Source: Deltaproteobacteria bacterium
GTDB lineage: Bacteria; UBA10199; JADFYH01
DNA length: 64,000 bases
Assembly: GCA_015233135.1 (NCBI GenBank)
Contig: JADFYH010000010.1
Coordinates: 7,565-71,564, forward strand
Direction of reading: 5' to 3'
Positions within the stretch are counted from its first letter, which is position 1. Each line of letters opens with the position of its first letter. Below the pieces are notes generated by a model. That model had not been told where the DNA came from. It searched no databases and saw only the letters and a list, made by a program, of their open reading frames with translations. Positions 60,465-64,000 of the stretch are shown here, in pieces. The translations under genes and the position numbers were made by a program.

Positions 60465-61352
60465 ATGTTTCCCTTCCTCTATAAAAACGGCACCTTTGTC
60501 ATTCAAACTTTCAGCGTCATGCTGATGGTGGCTTCTTTGGCAGCTACTTTTTTTGCTTACTGGTATGCCCCCAAAAAGGGGCTTTCACAAATTGTGATCT
60601 TAGACCTGGGAATTATTGGAACCCTCAGTGCCATTGTGGGAATGCGGCTTTTTCATGTTTTTGTGGAGAATCCTTCTTTTCGTATCAATAATACGGGGCC
60701 CGTTACCAATTACATGGAGGATTTTAAGAATTTTTTTATCATTTTAAAATCCGTGATTTTTTCGCATGCGCACTTTAGCGATTTGTCCATCCCGATGATC
60801 TTTCAGATCTGGCGTGGGGGCTTTGTTTCTTATGGGGCCATTATCGCTCTTGTGATAGCCGATTACACTTATTTGACTGTCAAAAAATTACCCACTTGGA
60901 AGTACGGGGATCTGCTGTGTTTGGTGGCTCCTCTCATCAACTTTTTTGTTCGAATAGGTTGTTTGGGCGCGGGTTGTTGTTATGGAAAACAAACTCATTT
61001 TTTTCTTCATCTTGTTTTTACCAATCGCTCTAGTGAGGCCGGGCAGAAATTTTATGGGATTCCCCTTCACCCCACTCAAATTTACGATCTGTTGCTCAAT
61101 GGGGTTGTCCTATTTTTGGTTTTGTTGTGGATCGATAGGCGCAAGAAGTTTGATGGACAAGTTGTAGCTTGCTTTTTCATGATCTACGCTATTCAGCGGG
61201 CTTTTATAGAATTTTTTAGAGGAGATGTAGATCGCGGTGTTTATTTCCACGGCCTAATTTCTACCGCGCAAATTATGGGAATAGCGGCCTTCGTTTTCGG
61301 ATTACTCTTGTATATTTTTCTCTCTAAAAAAAACAAACCTTCTCTTTCATGA
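60465..61352 (+). CDS. lgt: prolipoprotein diacylglyceryl transferase
   Basis: GGFVSYGAII, RIGCLGAGCCYG and HPTQIYD motifs. Confidence 0.9.
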   Translation: MFPFLYKNGTFVIQTFSVMLMVASLAATFFAYWYAPKKGLSQIVILDLGIIGTLSAIVGMRLFHVFVENPSFRINNTGPVTNYMEDFKNFFIILKSVIFSHAHFSDLSIPMIFQIWRGGFVSYGAIIALVIADYTYLTVKKLPTWKYGDLLCLVAPLINFFVRIGCLGAGCCYGKQTHFFLHLVFTNRSSEAGQKFYGIPLHPTQIYDLLLNGVVLFLVLLWIDRRKKFDGQVVACFFMIYAIQRAFIEFFRGDVDRGVYFHGLISTAQIMGIAAFVFGLLLYIFLSKKNKPSLS

Positions 61353-62044
61353 TTAAAGAAAATTCAAAAAAGGATTTTCTTCAGGTGATGATTTTTTGGC
61401 TGTTCGTTTGCCTGGCCATCCACCTGTGGGTTCGTTTATCGTTTCTTCCGTTTTTTAAGAATTTATCCCCCTTAGTTACAGTTTCTCTTCTTCTTTATTT
61501 ACCAGGCCTTGTTTTTAAAGGGGTGCCTGATTTTTATTCTTTTTTTGAGAAAGATAAAAAGACGATTTTGTATTCTCTCAAAATTCTTTTAGTTTTTTCA
61601 TTAATTGTTTTTCCCGTTTTTTTTGCGGCAAATCATTTTTTTCAGGCGTTTTTTTTTAGGGCCCATTATCATCCCACGCCCTTTTTTGGCTTAGCGGAAG
61701 GTCGCCTCTACCTCATTTTTCTCAATCATTTATTGTTGGTGGCCTTGCCCGAGGAGTATTTTTTCAGGGCCTTTCTTTGGGATAAGCTGCAGTGCTGCTT
61801 TACGCCTTCTTCAACCCCCATTTCTTTTTTGGGGGTACCTCTCACAGGCCTTTTCTTCTTCAATGCCTTTTTGTTTGCCTTTTCTCATAGCCTCATTGTG
61901 TTGCAATGGTGGCATTTTGCCATCTTTTTTCCGGGACTAGCCTTTGTCTGGCTACGCTTGAAAACCCACGGATTACTGGCTCCTGTGCTCTTTCATGCCT
62001 TGTGCAATGTGGCGAATTATTGGATTTCTATGCATTATCGATGA
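61349..62044 (+). CDS. CPBP family intramembrane glutamic endopeptidase
   Basis: EEYFFRAF, FAFSH and HALCN motifs in a polytopic membrane protein. Confidence 0.75.
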   Translation: MIKENSKKDFLQVMIFWLFVCLAIHLWVRLSFLPFFKNLSPLVTVSLLLYLPGLVFKGVPDFYSFFEKDKKTILYSLKILLVFSLIVFPVFFAANHFFQAFFFRAHYHPTPFFGLAEGRLYLIFLNHLLLVALPEEYFFRAFLWDKLQCCFTPSSTPISFLGVPLTGLFFFNAFLFAFSHSLIVLQWWHFAIFFPGLAFVWLRLKTHGLLAPVLFHALCNVANYWISMHYR

Positions 62045-62076
62045 AGGCCCCTTTAAAAGGCAAATTCTGGGTGAAC

Positions 62077-63528
62077 TCAAGGCAGCTCACTCTCCCCCAT
62101 CAACATCTCATCCATCGCCCGAGCGCATTTGCGTCCTTCCGCTATCGCCCACACGATGAGGGAGGCGCCACGTTTGGCGTCGCCGGCGACGAAGCATTTG
62201 TCGATTGAGGTTTTGTAGTTTTTGTCACCCACAATATTTCCGCGACCATCCAGTTTTACACCCAGTTGTTTAATGAGGGCATTTTGTTCCGGGCCGGTGA
62301 AACCCATGGCCAAAAAGAGAAGGTCGGCTTCCAGTTCGAATTCGGAGCCTGGAATTTCCTTGAATTGGGCCGGTTGGCCTTTGGCGTTGGGGGTCCATTC
62401 CAATTTGATGGCCTGCAATTTTTTGAGCACTCCGTCCTGCCCGGAAAGAGATTGGGTCATCACGGCAAAATCGCGGATGTCTCTTCCAAAGAGTTTGGCC
62501 GCTTCCGCATGGGCAGAAGGGCTTCGGTAAATGATGGGCCAGGTGGGCCAGGGGTTGTGCAGAGCGCGGTCTTGCGGGGGGGGAGGCAGAAGTTCCAGTT
62601 GTAAGACAGAAGCAGCGCCCTGACGAGTGGCCGTTCCTAGGCAGTCGGCACCGGTGTCTCCACCGCCCAGGATAAGAACTTTTTTGCCTTTGGCATTAAT
62701 GAAATTTTCGACTTTATCGCCGGCATTCAATTGATTTTGTTGGGTGAGATATTCCATGGCCAGATGCACGCCCTTTAAATTGCGTCCGGGGACATTTAAA
62801 TCGCGCGCCTGGCTAGCACCCACACAGAGGGCCACGGCATCAAAATCTTTTTTCAATTGATCGACCGTCAAGTCTTTGCCGATTTCGATATTTGTTTTAA
62901 ACAGCACCCCTTCGGCCTTCATTTGATCAAGCCGTAGATCGATGCGGTTTTTCTGCATCTTAAAATCGGGAATCCCGTAGCGAAGTAAACCTCCAAGACG
63001 GTCTGCACGCTCAAATACTGTGACTTCATGACCGGCCCGTCTCAATTGCTGGGCGCAGGCAAGACCGGCAGGGCCTGAGCCAATGACGGCCACTTTTTTT
63101 CCCGTCAATATTTTGGGAAGTTCGGGTTTTACCCAGCCTTCTTTGAAGGCGTGCTCGATGATGTTGAATTCGATGGTTTTGATGGCCACCGCTTTTTCGT
63201 TGATGCCCAAGACGCAAGACCCTTCGCAAGGGGCGGGACAAAGGAGACCGGTGAATTCGGGAAAGTTGTTGGTCTCGTGCAGACGGCTGATGGCCTCTTT
63301 CCAAGAGTTTTTGTAAACGAGGTCATTCCAATCCGGGATTAAATTCCCCAAAGGACAGCCCTGATGACAGAAAGGAATGCCGCAATCCATGCAGCGCGCG
63401 GCCTGTTGATTCAAACGATCTGCCGGGAATTCTTCGTAAATTTCTTTAAAATCTTTGAGTCGAAGCTCAATGGGACGCTCCGGATAAGCCTCCCGCTTGT
63501 ATTCCATAAAACCCGTAATCTTAGCCAT
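62077..63528 (-). CDS. gltD: glutamate synthase small (NADPH) subunit
   Basis: Fe-S Cys clusters (CMDCGIPFC; CPAPCEGSC) and the FAD/NAD site [14 protein letters not shown]. Confidence 0.93.
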   Translation of the reverse strand: MAKITGFMEYKREAYPERPIELRLKDFKEIYEEFPADRLNQQAARCMDCGIPFCHQGCPLGNLIPDWNDLVYKNSWKEAISRLHETNNFPEFTGLLCPAPCEGSCVLGINEKAVAIKTIEFNIIEHAFKEGWVKPELPKILTGKKVAVIGSGPAGLACAQQLRRAGHEVTVFERADRLGGLLRYGIPDFKMQKNRIDLRLDQMKAEGVLFKTNIEIGKDLTVDQLKKDFDAVALCVGASQARDLNVPGRNLKGVHLAMEYLTQQNQLNAGDKVENFINAKGKKVLILGGGDTGADCLGTATRQGAASVLQLELLPPPPQDRALHNPWPTWPIIYRSPSAHAEAAKLFGRDIRDFAVMTQSLSGQDGVLKKLQAIKLEWTPNAKGQPAQFKEIPGSEFELEADLLFLAMGFTGPEQNALIKQLGVKLDGRGNIVGDKNYKTSIDKCFVAGDAKRGASLIVWAIAEGRKCARAMDEMLMGESELP

Positions 63529-64000
63529 AAAGCGCTGCCTCCAAGCTCAAGTTCTTCTCTTTCATTTTCAGTTTCACAGCGGTCATCACTTTTTTGTAAT
63601 CTTTGGGATTCACCTTCACAAAATTCTTAAGCTCGGCCGAAAAATTTTGTAATATTTTTTGGGCAGGAATACTGCCCGTATATTTTTGATGTTTCTCGAT
63701 TAACTTTTTCAGGAGGGCGATGTCTTCGGGGTCTTCTACAGCCTCCAAATCGACCATGTCTTTGTTGCACTTGGATTTAAAATTTTCCTGCTCGTCATAG
63801 ACGAAGGCCAGTCCTCCGCTCATCCCGGCAGCGAAATTTCTTCCGCTATTTCCCAACACCACCACCACGCCTCCGGTCATGTATTCACAGGCATGGTCCC
63901 CCACTCCTTCTACCACCGTATGGGCCCCCGAATTTCTTACGCAGAAACGTTCGCCCGCAATGCCTCTAAAATAGGCCTCTCCCTGGGTGGCGCCGTAAAG
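63521..64000 (-). CDS. gltB: glutamate synthase large subunit, C-terminal end (partial, runs off window)
   Basis: GXGXG beta-helix region ([30 protein letters not shown]). The reading frame stays open to position 64000. Confidence 0.85.
   Translation of the reverse strand, partial: LYGATQGEAYFRGIAGERFCVRNSGAHTVVEGVGDHACEYMTGGVVVVLGNSGRNFAAGMSGGLAFVYDEQENFKSKCNKDMVDLEAVEDPEDIALLKKLIEKHQKYTGSIPAQKILQNFSAELKNFVKVNPKDYKKVMTAVKLKMKEKNLSLEAALYG

Noticed and set aside
63521-63916. 131-aa ORF as a stand-alone gene
   Set aside because: The frame stays open upstream to the window edge, and the sequence is the C-terminal GXGXG domain of the GltB large subunit. It is annotated as a partial CDS instead.
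1-64000. Searched for CRISPR arrays, tRNA/rRNA genes, IS elements, integrases, and phage or defence-system genes
   Set aside because: I saw no spaced direct repeats of 25-40 nt. The heptamer arrays are far too short to be CRISPR repeats. I saw no cloverleaf-like or rRNA-like segments in the few gaps longer than 100 nt. No ORF carries transposase, recombinase or nuclease-defence motifs.

Overview
Moderately AT-rich bacterial chromosome segment of about 59 tightly packed genes, with many ATGA stop/start overlaps. The lineage cannot be fixed from sequence alone. The fla-operon gene order and a TIGR02147-type gene fit a delta-proteobacterium-like or Bdellovibrionota-like organism. Block 1 (144-19627, + strand) is a near-complete flagellar export, switch and hook operon: fliF-G-H-I-J, a ylxF-like gene, fliK, flgD, flgE, fliL-M-N-O-P-Q-R, flhB, flhA, flhF, fliA. 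There is no flhG. Block 2 (19655-42853) is a flagellin-glycosylation island. It holds a GT2-TPR protein, a TPR protein, a GT4, and five Maf/DUF115 paralogues, three of which are a mosaic tandem family with a visible duplication scar. A convergent minus-strand operon carries pseA-like/hisH/hisF, a pseG-pseH fusion, pseI, a second NeuB-type synthase, and aminotransferase, acetyltransferase, WbqC, methyltransferase and PIG-L tailoring genes. Block 3 (42906-64000) holds a zinc-ribbon PilZ protein, a 717-aa orphan with a structured leader, priA, an orphan Phd-like gene, def-fmt-rpe, galU, lipoproteins, ileS-lspA-lgt, and gltD plus the gltB 3' end. Non-genic signals include two families of GC-rich palindromic repeats, some inserted in frame in fmt and priA. 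There are also heptamer arrays in the flagellar intergenic gaps and several hairpins that sequester Shine-Dalgarno sequences. I saw no rRNA, tRNA, CRISPR array, transposase or integrase.
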